DNA of 62,630 bases, filler included, from Hausera hauseri (lineage: Eukaryota), in the NCBI GenBank assembly GCA_046269625.1. It is 11 parts of 11 records of this genome, joined end to end, with 100 filler letters (N's around TTAATTAATTAA, not from the genome) between each part and the next. Parts side by side here need not be neighbours in the genome. Positions count along the whole stretch, not along the records: positions 9,225 to 17,133 come from JBJURY010882069.1; positions 17,234 to 23,135 come from JBJURY010171418.1; positions 23,236 to 27,321 come from JBJURY010770205.1; 8 more parts are not named here. One strand, 5' to 3'. The notes under the pieces were generated by a model. It was not told the DNA's origin. It saw nothing but the letters and a program-made list of their open reading frames with translations, and did no database searches. Positions 12,286 through 25,968 of this stretch are shown in pieces. The translations under genes were made by a program, and so were the position numbers. Each line of letters opens with the position of its first letter. Within the stretch, counting starts at the first letter, position 1.

Positions 12286-13604
12286 TCAAGGCATTGGTTT
12301 CTGCTTAGAAAATTCGTTATTGCGTTTAATATCACCATTGCTCATAGGCGGTTTATTCACAGAATTTTCAAAAGGCTGCGGTTGCTGATTCAAATGAGTG
12401 AACTTCGGTTGGTCGCCAAGTATTCCACGTTGCATTAAAGCTACTCGTCTTCTTAATATCTGTGCCTGATGCATCCGTTGTTGGTTTCCTTGTTGTTTCC
12501 AGTTGAAACTCAGAACTAGACAATTTGGAAACTGACATTTAGTATCGCTGCAAAACGTAGCATGTACGCAACATATTCGAGCAAACGACTGACAAAGTTT
12601 ACACGGATTTCGTGGCAAATAACAGCACTGCTTATGTTTAACTATGCCTTTCATTTTAGAACAATTTTATCCTGCAATTTACATCGCGGCATTGACAAGC
12701 ATGTTGCAAACTTTGAAAATACTTTATCATTCGACCACTGGTTGTATCTTGAAGTTCTGACGTTGATTGGTTAGCATTTTGGAAATTAATATTCGGCTTT
12801 TTTCATCCGGATCTATTTTAATTAACGGATGTGGATGGCTCTCTGTTGAATAACAACTTGGACGCAACACGAAGTCTTCACATTGTCGGCAAGTAAAACA
12901 AATCTCGATTTGTTTATTGCAAACATTGCAAGCATAAAGAACAGAATGTTTCTGTTCCATACGTAATTCGTAACAGACAATGTCGAGAATTTAGAACGTC
13001 GCAAAGATGAGAATTGCAAAGGCGTTTTTCTTGCTAAGCATAGACATTTATCTCTTCCGTCCATTAAATCATTATTGACCAATGGATCTGGATCGTTAAT
13101 TGGAGGCAAATTAGTAGCATCACTTAGTGCGGAAAGGCGAATTACGCAAAAACTTTCTTTTTGTTTTTCCATTAATTCTAAGAATCTTCTTGAAACATCG
13201 TTAATACTGTCGGATCCAACGCTCCCTTTGCGTTTATTGTTGAGAGAGTTCATGCGTTTTAATTTTCGCTTTTTTGGCTTTATATCCATTTTTGAAAAAT
13301 TGTTCTTCGATATTCTATATTTTTTGAGAAGCGTCGTCTTCTTGATTATTGGAATTTTCGGCATATTTTTTGTTTCGTCTGTTAGTTTCTTCATCAATTT
13401 CTTTACATAATTCTTTAAGAGCGTTTGTCCAATAATCTCCTTCAAAAGAACGCAATTCAATTGGACTTAGCATACTTGAATGCAGAGCATCACTGAAAAT
13501 ATATTTGTAATCAATTACAATATTTTCTTTCATCAATTTTTCACGAATCTTAATGTACCATTCTTGTAAACGTTTTGGCTTAAGAAGCTTCTGTTCAGGG
13601 TAAT
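12286..13604 (-). pseudogene. CREBBP: CBP/p300 histone acetyltransferase pseudogene (HAT C-terminus, ZZ, TAZ2)
   Basis: PEQKLLKPKRLQEWY, FEGDYW, MEKQKESFCVIRL, INDPDPL..DLMDGRD, FSSLRRSKFST, ZZ (YACNVC..CRQCEDF) and TAZ2 Cys/His motifs. Multiple frameshifts, no evident introns. Confidence 0.92.
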
Positions 13605-14739
13605 NNNNNNNNNNCAGTATCAATAAATGGGCCACAATAAAATACAGGTACATTTTTGAAAATAAAATTATGTGCATAAAATTGTAAATTATTAGTTAGT
13701 TTGTCAAATAAACAACCGCAAGGTGCCCCAAAAACACAACCGGACTCACCAGTATAATTCTGTATCCGGGAGTCCGACGGACCATTCATTTATTACAACG
13801 GAATCTGTACTGTAAGTCTTCTGACAACAACTGTAGTTCTGCCGTTGTATATAGGTATCGGTCGCAGCTCCTTTGATGTAAATAATAAAGTTAAAACATT
13901 CAAAAATTTTAACCATGTTTTGTTGGTGCGCTGAAATGTTACTTGTTAGATTTCTTTGCACCAACAACGTTTTATTATTTTTCTGAAAATTCGAGGCCTT
14001 GCAATGTATTACAATCAACAATGTAGGTTTATGTTGGCTGGTTTTCATTATATCATAAAAGAAAAATCACAAAAAATCTTGAAATATTTATTTTTTGAAA
14101 TTCAATGTCAGTGTTAAGATTGTATTATTAGTTATCGCTTCCTTAAAACAAACTTCATCGCAATTGAAAGATAACGAAATTAGGTTCATCCGGTTGTTAT
14201 CCGGGAACCCCAGCGGTTGTTTTAAAACTAATTTACATGTTATTAAACAGAATTATTAAATAAAAGAAAAACTATATAATTCTATACACATATACAAAGG
14301 TGAAAAATTATCGTTAATAAAAACAAATCTCTAATATAAAATAACGCCAAAAATAAAGAAAACAAACTGTGTTATTAAAAATAATCTACAACGCTTTACG
14401 TCATAAAATTATGTGTATAAAATTTTCATAGGCAAACATACATAAAACAACTATTACGTGGACAAAATGGTAGCGTGTGATAAGCACTACAATACCCATA
14501 ACACATAACACATAATGCAATAACAAATAATTTATAACACTTTATTTCACAAAATTATCTACATGAACTGTACAATGCAAAACACGTAAAAGGTGATGGC
14601 ACTACAGACCTAATGAAGAGCAATCCCCTAAATACAAAGACGTTTCATCTAGATGGCCACAAATTCCAAAACAAATAGCAATACCCATCACATTATTGAC
14701 ACTCAATGTAGTTTCAGCCGAAGCAAGTTCCTAAGAATA

Positions 14740-16090
14740 TGACATCATACCCGCACTACTCAAAATAGACTACAAATCAATTCTGTTATTAATATCATTA
14801 ATCAGTTTGGCACGAACTGTAGTAGTTACAATAATGGTAATAGCATATTATAAATGTTGTCAATTACTAAAATATTATCAGAAAGCAGCTAAACAACTAT
14901 CTCCTCCCAATTATGAAGAACGCCAAGGAATTCCTCGAAGACAGAATCCAATATTGCTATCCACCCTAATAGTATGTTGTCTGATAGGACTTTGCACTGC
15001 CCAACCGGTAGATCAAAATAAATGTATGTTTGCACTATGCGCAAAAATCTAATCCTATCTTGTATCAATGTATATAGCTGATAAGTTAACAAAGTTACTA
15101 TGGTTCATCAGATTCCAGTGGGAGAGAAATAAGCGAATAAAGAGACAAATGTACATAACTATGATCCACAGAACGTTATCACCAAGGATTGTCCAAAATT
15201 ACATAATACCAAAAGTAGGAATTATGGATAATCCATGGTCAAAAAACTTCCACAAACAATGCCTATTAAATAAAACATCTGTTTCAATACAGAAAACCAG
15301 TAAAATAAAGTCAAAAGAAGAAGTAACAGATAACCCATGGTTAAAAGACCCTTACATACAACGCTTATTGAAAGAGGCATCCACTGCTCTAACTAAGAAA
15401 ACTTATAAGAGCAATACATGGCGAAGAGTGGAACTCAACGGAATAGCAGTGGATCAGTATATAGTTTCGAATCAAAATATGTTTAAGCCCACCACTGATA
15501 TAATACTATTGGAATTCGTTAAAATCTACGAAGAATTATAAGGGGAAGATCAGTTTCAACTGCTAAAAGCAAGTGGTGCTATAAAAGATGTTGAGTTAGC
15601 AAAAGGAAAAGTTTGGGATAACTTATCCTACTCAAATATTATGTTTATAATTGAAAGATTTAAACACTATAAGAAAGATGATATAGACCGATCAATCACG
15701 GTACCCGAAACGATATACCTATTGCGAAAGTTGAGTAAGCCAATAGACCAAGAATTGAGCCTAGAAAACGAAATAAATAATTTGAAAAACAGTATTCACC
15801 AAAGACATTAAACGAAATTGTATATAGTCTTCGTTGTCAGTATTTACAGGAACAAAATGTTGATAGCATGAAAACAGAAACCGATAATGAAGCAATACTA
15901 TAATCAAAAGATGAAAAGATTCATAGACACACTTATTTGCGTATATTTTTGTGGGAAGGCAATAGAACATCTGATAAGCATCGATTCCCTGAATATAGAT
16001 AAATAAAAAATATTTTATACATTCCCGATAAACAATATTTCGTCTAGGGTGATACTTGTGTATTCAAAACTAGCATTAGAAGCTCAATAG
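14740..16090 (+). pseudogene. Degraded A-rich membrane-protein ORF, probably a retroelement accessory ORF
   Basis: TM segment, PPNY motif, internal signal-like segment (LLSTLIVCCLIGLCTAQP) and two DNPW repeats. Architecture resembles 19747-21857. Confidence 0.35.
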
Positions 16091-16307
16091 AATATGAAAA
16101 GAAACCCCCTTCAATCAAACCCCGGAGTCTTTACATCGTTTACGAAATGGGAAGACTTTGTTTATCAGTTGCTTCATTTGACATTAAATCGTCCCAGACT
16201 AGAGGAAATTTTAGTATAAGAAATATTTGAAACACATTTTACTTGCTTCCTTAAAAACAATCGATTACATTTTTGTATACTGTACTCTTTTCGTAAATGA
16301 AAATAAT

Positions 16308-16869
16308 CTATTTTGTACCAAAATGAGTATTTTGCAGTTTTTCTCGCCAACTGTTCAGTAACTTTGCCTGATGGATGGAGTAGGAAAAGTCTTTCGGTTG
16401 ATTGTGAGTTCTAAAGTGCATTTCAGCCATTTGTTTGTTGGGGAACTTTGGAAACCCCGGAGAGACGTCATCAGTCCGGATAATGCAGTTGGAATTGATG
16501 TCGGGCACTGGCAACTTCTGAGAGGCTTTAAGGCTTTCGATGATGTGCGAGTCGGTAAAGACATTGGCCTGGAAGTTACCGGTGAATGCGTTGTTGAACG
16601 GGAAGACAGATGATGGAAAGGAGAGTTTTGGTGGAACGTTAATTAATGGTTGGGTATGTACATTTGTCGGCGGCATAATGACCGATCCGGGTTTGTACTG
16701 GTTTGAAACTATCGCAGAATTCAAACTGTAATGATCGGTCACATCAGCATGTTGCTAAAACCGATTAACTTGAATTGAAAAAAATCAATTCCCACCCCAA
16801 GATGAGTTTTCAAGTTTCCTTTCGTGGAGAATCGTTTCTCACAAACCACACAAACGAAGGGCCGTTCTT
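16308..16869 (-). CDS. Spalt/SALL-like C2H2 zinc-finger gene, last two exons (16869-16796, 16754-16308)
   Basis: ERPFVCVVCEKRFSTKGNLKTHLG|QH contains the SAL box. A 41-bp GT-AG intron (16795-16755) joins it in frame to ORF 16308-16742. Confidence 0.8.
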
Positions 16870-17233
16870 CTACAGAAAGCATAATTTAATGTTGGGTCTG
16901 GATGCATTCTAATCACAATTACATTAAAGTACTGCTCGCAATTAACATTAATCTTTCCTCTTTTTTTTCATTTTATACATCCAGTCAATTTCAAATAATT
17001 TTAAACGTCAACCGGTCGTTAAGATTCTGTATAGTTTTATTTTTGTAATATTATTTTTTGTAGTTTTTTATCGAATTATCACGTAACTCAAAAATCGGAT
17101 ATAGAATTTAAATTAGCACACTACATCTGAAGANNNNNNNNNNNNNNNNNNNNNNNNNNNNNNNNNNNNNNNNNNNNTTAATTAATTAANNNNNNNNNNN
17201 NNNNNNNNNNNNNNNNNNNNNNNNNNNNNNNNN

Positions 17234-19774
17234 ATGGTTCCAAAGAAGAATACAACCAAGAAATGATTGTGTGTCGACTTTAGACATATAAACAATTTTA
17301 TAATAAGTGATACATTTCTACGACCAAAAATAAAAGAAATAATTGAAAAATTGAGAAACAGTGAATTTTATATAACTATCGATTTTCAACATGGTTTCTG
17401 GCATGTTAAAATTGCCAAGGAAGATAGGTATAAAACAGCTTTTAGAGTACCACGAGGAATCTATAAATTTAAAAGGATGCCATTTGGTTTAAAAGTAGTT
17501 CCTTCAGTATTTCAAAGATTAATGACTTAAATTTCAATTGAAGAATATAATATCCTGGTGCAGAAACAACAACTCACGACAAAGAAGGAGATATGGTATA
17601 CATTGACGATCTAATCCTTACTGGTAATAATTGTAACCAGTTAATGGCAAAGCTAAAAGACAGGTCAGAACGTTGTAGGAAAGCAGGTTTAAAAATTAAT
17701 CCTATGAAAGGCAAATGGTTCAAACGAGAAATCACATGCCTCGGATTCAAGATATCAAAGGAAGGAATAACCACTATCGGTGATATAGTTTAAAAAATTA
17801 TTAAATATCCTACACCATAGAGCAGTAAACAGTTGCAAAGATGGTTAGGATTAGTACGTTTCTACGCAGATTTTGTAGAAAACTATGCACAGATAAACTT
17901 GCCATTATATCGTCTATTAAGAGCAAAAATCAAATGGTAATGGACAGAAGAATGTCAACACGCTGTAGACGAAATAAAAAAGCGACTAATCTCTGCGTCG
18001 ATAATTCAGTATCCGGATTACGACTTGCCGTTTATCACCAAAACAGATGCGAGCGGAAAAGGATTAGGATATATACAGGCTCAACAAGCATCCTATGAAA
18101 CGACAGAACATGTCATAGTATTAAAACCAGCAAAAACTCGATATGGTCAACAAAGCTTGAACTACTAGCCGTAAAATCCACCTTGAAACACTTCTATTAT
18201 TATATTTATGGACAAAAAGTTATCCTCTATACTGATAATATAGCATTATTAAATAAGAAATTCGACCAGGGACTAATCAAAGTATTAATAAATGTTTAGC
18301 ATATATCAAAGATTTTGATATAGAATTTAGATATCGACCTGGTAAGGATAATACAGATGTAGATGCATTATCAAGGATGTATAAAATAATCTCATCATTA
18401 GATGAAAAAGAACACCTCTTTAATAAAATGCTGAAGTAATATCGAGAGGTAAATACAAATAATATAGCCGAAAAGTAAGTAGAAGACCAACAAACCAGTT
18501 ATAATATTAACTATGTTAAAACTCGAAAGTTTCCGCCTCATGAAAAATTGACTAAATATCTTAAACGAGAAGGTGAAAAATTCATATTAGATGAGAATGT
18601 GTTAAAATACAATAAAAATGGACAGCTTTTAGTAATCGTACAAAACGACTACGAAATGCCATATTATACCAAGAACATGATTCCAATTTAGCAGGTTACC
18701 CATCTTCACGAAAAACCAAGAGAAAAGAATAAACCAGAAATATTACTGGCCTACAATGGAGCAAGATGTTAAAGATTGGGTGGAGGAATGCAAAATGTGT
18801 GCAACAATGAAAAATAAAGGTGTACGTTATAAACCAGAATTGAAATCATTACCGGAACTCAATAGTCCAATGGAACTTTGTGCAATGGACTTTTCTGGAC
18901 CTTCCCCGACAACTCCAAGAGGAAATAAACACATTCTGTTTTGTACTAATTATTGGACTAGCTGTTCTATCTTAATCCCAACAAAGGATTAGTTAGCTAT
19001 CACAGTGGCAAAAAGTTTATTAGCAGAATAGTTTGTCAATTTGGTGCCCCAGGCTATTTATTGACAGATAGAGCACCAAACTTCCGAAGTGAATTACTAA
19101 AAGAAATAACAGATATATGTCAAACAAATATGTTGCTAACAACAACATACCATCCTCAATGCAATGGTAAAGTCGAAAGATTGAACTATACCGTGCAATA
19201 TATACTGTCAGCTATGATAGAGAAGACACAAAAGGATTGGGATATCCACTTAAAAGTTGTGCAATTTGCAATTGCAATTACACCTACTAGCTCATCAGAA
19301 TATACACCATTTGAATTAATATATGGTAGAAAACCAGTACCCCCAATGGATATCCAGTTATTACCAGAAAAGGAAATACTCGCAGATCAGTCTGATGAGG
19401 AAATACATGAAAATGTTGTAAACAGTTTAGCAAATTGTTGGAAAAAAGCCAAGCAAGTAATTAAACAATATAAACAAGATTATCAAGGGTACTATAATGA
19501 AAAGGCTAAGCCCAATAAATTTCAACCAGGAGATAAAGTAATGGTACATTATCCGGTAGCGAATCCAGGAAAATCATTAAAACTAACACGTACGGGTAAA
19601 GGACCCTACTTAGTAGTAAAGTCACACCTGAAGACATACTTACTGAAAAAGTCACTAGCAAAAAGACCAGAATTGAGTGTGTATCAGCTCAACGAGTCAC
19701 AAAAGGACCAAAGAATTCAAAAATTAAAGAAGAACCCCGATACTCATTGCGATCATCGAAACAAACAGTTTTAA
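17234..19774 (+). mobile_element. Ty3/gypsy pol (RT, RNase H, integrase) of a second family, degraded
   Basis: CVDFR, KTAF..RMPFGL, VYIDD, TDAS, YRPGK.N..DALSR, YWPTM..C..C, TDRAPNF, YHPQCNGKVERLN, GPY. Confidence 0.95.
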
Positions 19775-21857
19775 AACCAGCCTGTAGCCTGGAACAGTTA
19801 TTCCTTATAATTATGATTTTTGGTCTAATACAATCGACTACGGCACAAACCTTGGTAACAGACCCTATAATTACAAACTTAGAATTACGAGTGAAAATTA
19901 ATTGGCAAAATTCAGTAGAATCAGTATATGGACTATTTGTAAGAGAATCAAAATACAAAGAAATTACTCAATTAATCCTGTCATCAGATGTTAATGACGC
20001 GATTTGGTTATCAGCCAAACGTTGTTCCATGCCATTATTAAATGAAATTTGTCTCATAGATCTTTACTTTCTAACAACCAAAATGTTACTAAAACCAAAG
20101 CAGAAAATTCTGCCAATAGCAAGACAAGTATACACAGAAAGAATAGGCACCACCTTTTTCTTTACTCAAGAAAAGGATGATAAACCAAAATTGATAGACA
20201 AAGTCATGGTAAAAAGGCCTACCTTAACAAATGAAGTTGACTTGCAAATAACATATTATTTCCCTAGACTATTTAAACATAAGTCTGGTGAAAAAGCTCT
20301 AAACTTCCACATCCATATGTCATTATTGCAATTCTTTCATTAAGGCGAACTACTACATCAAGCATAACCACGTTATCAATCTCCAGTAATAAACCAATTA
20401 CTGTTTCCAAGTCAAGTAAAATACCTGAAATAATCATCAGTCCATCGGATTCATATATTGAGTTTAAAACGTTACAATTAGTAAACAATCCCATTTCCAT
20501 AACTTGTGTAGGAAAATATCATAATATATACACCATCATAAAACAGTATGAGCGAATGACCAGATGTAGTGACCTCCAACCTGATGAAGAATACCTAATT
20601 GTCTTTGCACAAAATCATGCGAAAACTCAACATCAAACAATTAGAACTCAAATAAAAACCGAAAAGTATTGGATGCATGAAGAATTTCTAGTTCATACAC
20701 CAACACGATTGACTACTAGTCCTAGTATTCAAGTCAACATGTTAAAAGCTTTAATACCCTCTATGGTAATAATATTGCTTCTACTGTCCATATCCACACC
20801 CTTTGTAGTAATGGAAATAAAAAAATTTTCTAAAAAACGAACTATTATGAATAAAACTCTATTATCATTAACTAACCTAATATGCTTAATAGGTTATAGT
20901 GTGGAGTGGACTGTCGACGTTAGGGATATAAATAATTTTAAATGTCAATATATAAAAATACGCACACAAAAAATTGCAACACCTTGCAATACTAACCAAT
21001 TACAGCCAATAGACAAACATCGACTAACAAAACCAATAATACTAAACAATACAAACACCTACACTAAAGACGGGCTATTAAAAGCAACCCGTAATACCAT
21101 GATCTTTCTTTTTAGCTCTATTCTAATGCCAGATAAATTCCTTCAATCCAAAATATCGAAAACCGAAATAGATCTGGATGCGTCCTCAGGATCAGATTCC
21201 GATAAATCAACCAATACAGCAATTACGAACCCAAAAAGAAAAGTGTTGCTACCACATTTCACTTTTTCAAACCCAACTCAAGGAACACAATTTCAACGAG
21301 GAATCTGCAGTAACAATGTACAACAATCGGCATCAGTTTACAAACCTCGAATGCAATCTATAGTGGAAATCAGAAAACCGGCCCCATCCTATGATGACAT
21401 ATCTCAAATAAAGAAAAATGAAATTATGAACAATCTGCAAGAACTAATGAAAGATCAGGAAGCTCTATGGCCATGGGATGCAGTTGCGAAAAAATATGTA
21501 AAGATATTCCATGATGCCAATAATTCGTTGCCCATTGTATTTTACAAAACTATCACGAATATGATGGAAGACACTAGTGAAATCTTCTACCCAGAAGCCA
21601 GAATGATTGATATTGCCTTAAAGGTTTCAAGCACTGAAGAAAGGATATTCCGTATAATGAAATTCAATACACCGGTTTACAATGCAAACTTATTGAACGC
21701 ACTTAAATATACAGAAATATCAAACTGTAGTAGGATAATCATTCATCTGATTCAAGGACAAATACAATTACGAACGGAGAAAGAATTATGTCTCAAATCA
21801 GTTTCCACATTTGTTACAAGCTTATGTTATAATGGATCTGCAAAACACCATAGATAA
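19747..21857 (+). pseudogene. Env-position ORF: signal peptide, FN3-like ectodomain, TM, second hydrophobic segment, cytoplasmic tail (one frameshift near 20340)
   Basis: LFLIIMIFGLIQSTTAQ signal immediately after integrase; SDLQPDEEYLIVFAQN; TM LIPSMVIILLLLSISTPFVVM. Confidence 0.55.
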
Positions 21858-23479
21858 ACATCAAATTTTCTTGCGGCGAATTACAAATCACCACAGGAGT
21901 TATTTCTTGTTTACAAGTGGAAAACAGTATTAATTCTATTTCCACCGCGCATCACGGTACAATTTCCGACAAATTACCTCAACAAACAATTCCAAAACAG
22001 ATTTGTAAATCCTTGCTTCTATTTGCGTAACATTTGTCCCCGCGAATCTGTCCCAATTTCCTCACCTTAGCCTTGTTTTTTATTCCCCGTTATATCGTTT
22101 ATGACCTTATTCAACACCAAAACGGACGCTGCAATAGCTATTTTCGTTTCGTTTACTCATTTCCATAGTTTTTATTAAGCCACGCTACTAAATATTTTGC
22201 ATGAGCTGTATTACAGAATTATTCCGGTCCAACATGCCCGCCTTGTTCAGCTCACGCCAGAGTGGATATTCCAAATCTGCCTCTCTGTGAAATTCTAGAG
22301 AGGATTTCGTTACAGAATATCGTTTATCAAACAAATCCTCTAGCCGTCAAATTATAGAAACACCTGATCCGGATAATTAAGCCGACTGCTGGAAAACAGT
22401 GTCTCTGATCTCTCTGTTACCTGAGAAAATGGATGAAATTTAACTTCCTCTTCTCTCTGATGTTTGGGCAAAAAGTTGATGTCAATTTTAGAAAGAGAAG
22501 TTATGGATTATTAGATTATAGGATTATTGCTGAAACTAAGACTAGAATATTTGTTAATATTAACACCTCAGTTCATTTTAGTCGCAGAGTTAACATTTTC
22601 GCAACGAATATTTTACCTTAAGGTCTCCATTCTTCTTCATTCTAGAGGATCTCACCTGGGCGTACGGACTTCGTTCTGCTGGCTAGGACTCCGTAGGTTT
22701 GGATATATTTGTCCACATGTNNNNNNNNNNACTAAATATTTTTTACGATTCTAAATGCCAACGGATTTTTAACGTCTACAGAAATGTGTCAAAAATCCAT
22801 TGTCAGTTATAAGGCAAAAAACAAGAGTAGGCCTAACGGCCGTTTTCCATTCACAATTCTATGAAAATCTACCCAAACCTACTGTGTCCCCGACGGAGCA
22901 ATAGCAATGCCCAGAATGTGGAAGAACAGACCACTTATGTATAAATATCCGTGTGCCAGGATGTAAACCCTTCGACTAAACTCGGCAGAAGAAAACGAAG
23001 ATGCCATAGCAAAGATGAAGGAACACACACACAAAAATACTGTCATATGGAAAAGGAGTTCGACTTACAGTACAGCCAGGTGAATGAAAATACCAGTAAT
23101 TATGGAATTCTAAAATAGCAGCTCAAAGTGTCTAANNNNNNNNNNNNNNNNNNNNNNNNNNNNNNNNNNNNNNNNNNNNTTAATTAATTAANNNNNNNNN
23201 NNNNNNNNNNNNNNNNNNNNNNNNNNNNNNNNNNNTGCCGCAGAAAATGCTTTGTTCACAACGTAAATTTAAACAAATTCTTTCGCCCCAAATTTAAATT
23301 TTTACACGTACCTAAAATCGATACAGTACGCGTGCTTGTGTGTATCCACTTTCTAACTGTGTGTCTCCTATCTCCTCCCTATTAACCGTGCGTGTGTGTA
23401 TCATTTTTTCTACTCCATGACTCATTCGCAAACCAAATCTTTTCTCTTGCCCTGGAGGGGGATCTTGACGCCATGGACT

Positions 23480-23600
23480 CTCTTCCTCCTACTATTAATA
23501 AACGAAAATTATTTTGGAATAGTTTGTTTTGAAATTAGCTTTTGTTTAGATTTAAAATTAGTGGTTCCGGATTATCAATTTTTATTGTATTTTTTATAAT
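23480..23600 (-). pseudogene. Polinton packaging ATPase N-terminal fragment (second copy)
   Basis: IKIDNPEPLILNLNKS*FQNKLFQNNFRLLIVGG is paralogous to 24183-24407 and truncated at Walker A. Confidence 0.65.
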
Positions 23601-24182
23601 GTTAGTATAACATTTATAAATTGTACATTGGATTTTTCATTTTTCATGCTCCTCAAGTATAATTGACTTTAGATATCACATCTGGTCAACATGTTTATGT
23701 CATCGATACTCTTAGTTATGGTTACGAGTATCTTAGAAACTTTAGTGCATTACAAAGAGAAGGAAAATATCTACATTTTGCAATAAGGATCATTATTATT
23801 GGATTTGGTGATCCAGAGATATGATCATTTTTCTGGCTTTTTCCATTTTCTAAAGTTGTTTTTGACCATAAATTTTAGTTTACAAAATATTTTAATGTGT
23901 TCTTTTGTACAGACGTAGACCTTGATACGGGTAATCGTTTGACACATATGTCATATTATTTATATTAAACTAAAATAATAATAATTTTAAAATACTTGAT
24001 TTTTACCCTTTGGTCCCCACTTGAACAAAACTTTGATGAGAAATTTATATTCGAATTTTGACCTGATTTTTGCTTACAATCAATTCGAGTATGCTAATTC
24101 CAAATATATTGTTTATATTTTGATCGGATGATTAGAACTGGGTCAAACTATAAATTAAAATATGATCGAATTGTAATTCCGG

Positions 24183-24407
24183 TTAATTTATTGTTGTAGA
24201 GAAGAAGAGTAAATTATCATAATCTAAGAAATCTGGTTGTGTTAACATTTGCATTAACAACACATTTTTACCACATCCTGAACTCCCAATCATTAATAAA
24301 CGAAAATTATTTGGGAATAGTTTATTTTGAAATTCGGTTTTGTTGAGATTTAGAATTAGTGGTTTTGGATTTTCATCAATTTTTGTAAGTGTTCCCATTT
24401 TTGTCAA
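24183..24407 (-). pseudogene. Polinton A32/FtsK-HerA packaging ATPase N-terminal fragment
   Basis: LFPNNFRLLMIGSSGCGKNVLL (Walker A) ...FLDYDNLLFFSTTIN. Confidence 0.8.
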
Positions 24408-25724
24408 TATAATTTAAATATTTTGCAACAAGAATTTTATCATTCAACAGAAAATATCAAGAGCTTTCAAACGAGCCATAGAACATGAGAATCCGATGAA
24501 AAATAACAAATTTATGATTGTGTTAAATTGTGCACCTTTGAGGTCTTGCACACTTTGAACAACTAGTAGCATGATGTTGAAACCTTGTTGCTTGGTAGAA
24601 ATTTTATTAACCTTTCAAATAATACATAATTCATTATGAAATACTTTGGAACCAGTGAAATATGATTATTGACAAATTGTAAAAATATGAAAATTTAATT
24701 TTTTCAGAGAAAAATCGTGTTTTTAAAGCCACCGCATTTAAAATTGGAACCATGTATGATACTGCAAATAAAACCGTTCTAAAGAGCCGTTGCTCATCTT
24801 TCAGGTGATGTATAAAACATCTGTATACAGTTATTATTCTTGTGTGTGCGATTGTGCAAAGTTGAGATAATTACGTTTTGGGAAACTAAAAAAATTTTTC
24901 TAAGTCAAAAGTTAAACAGTTTTTTCAATTTAGCTTGAAAACGAAGCAAAATTTATCTAATGAAACTGATACCATTCGATGCAGAATTAAATTCTCTACA
25001 AATTTAGTGTAGAAAAAATTCTTGTATCTTTTCAAAATTTTGTGCTAGCACTTATTTTGTCACATTTTGTGCTGTAGCACACATAGGTAACATTTTTGTC
25101 CGAGCAATTTTTACACTATTCGACGCAGAATTAAATTCCGCACAAGATAGCAGTTCCAAAAAAATTTATTTCAAAACTTTTCTATTCAGAATTTCCGGGA
25201 AATCGTGGGGAAAATCCGAAGAAACTGTATGCGTTGTGACTGCATGCATGGAATCTACTGATTTATCGATTGATTTTTGCGGTTTTCTGCATCAAGTTCT
25301 TTAAGATCCAATATCTTTGGAACCCTTTGGAATATTTTGATGCAGTTTGTTTCGTTCGGTTCATTGGAAATCGCAGATTACGCTCATAAAATCTCATCTG
25401 GTGAGGATGTATAGAACCAGAGATATAAGGCACCGCAGTTGGGTATGACAAAATGACAAAAAAGTGTTTTTCTCACGTAGTATTAACGTTTTATCAGGTT
25501 TTGCACCTTTAAAAAATTCTAGCACTCACACGAAACATATTTTAAGCTTAAAAGTTATACCATTAGATAGAGAATTAAATTATCTATAAACATGCAATTA
25601 AATTTATTTTAAATTTATTTTCATAAAAATGTTTTTATTGTTTAATCCATTTGTTCCGACTAAGAAAGTTTGTTATAACTTTTTATTATTATTTATTACC
25701 CATTATTATTATTATTATTATTTG

Positions 25725-25795
25725 AAAAGTTGGAATGACTGTTCCAACTTTTTATTATTATTATTGCAAAAGTTGGAACAGTCATTCCAACTTTT
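25725..25795. repeat. Two inverted copies of a 28-bp palindrome (11-6-11) within (TTA)n
   Basis: AAAAGTTGGAA-TGACTG-TTCCAACTTTT (25725-25752) and AAAAGTTGGAA-CAGTCA-TTCCAACTTTT (25768-25795). Confidence 0.9.
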
Positions 25796-25968
25796 TATTA
25801 TTATGCTTTTGAAATTAATTGTCAAAAATAAAGAAAAAGAACAATTTGGAAAAAACCTTCTATTTTAATCAATATGTTTTTGTGACTTTTTTCACTGTCA
25901 TTAAATTTCCAATAATCTAAAATAGAAAAGAATGATAATAATTTATAAAGAATAAAATATATACCAAT

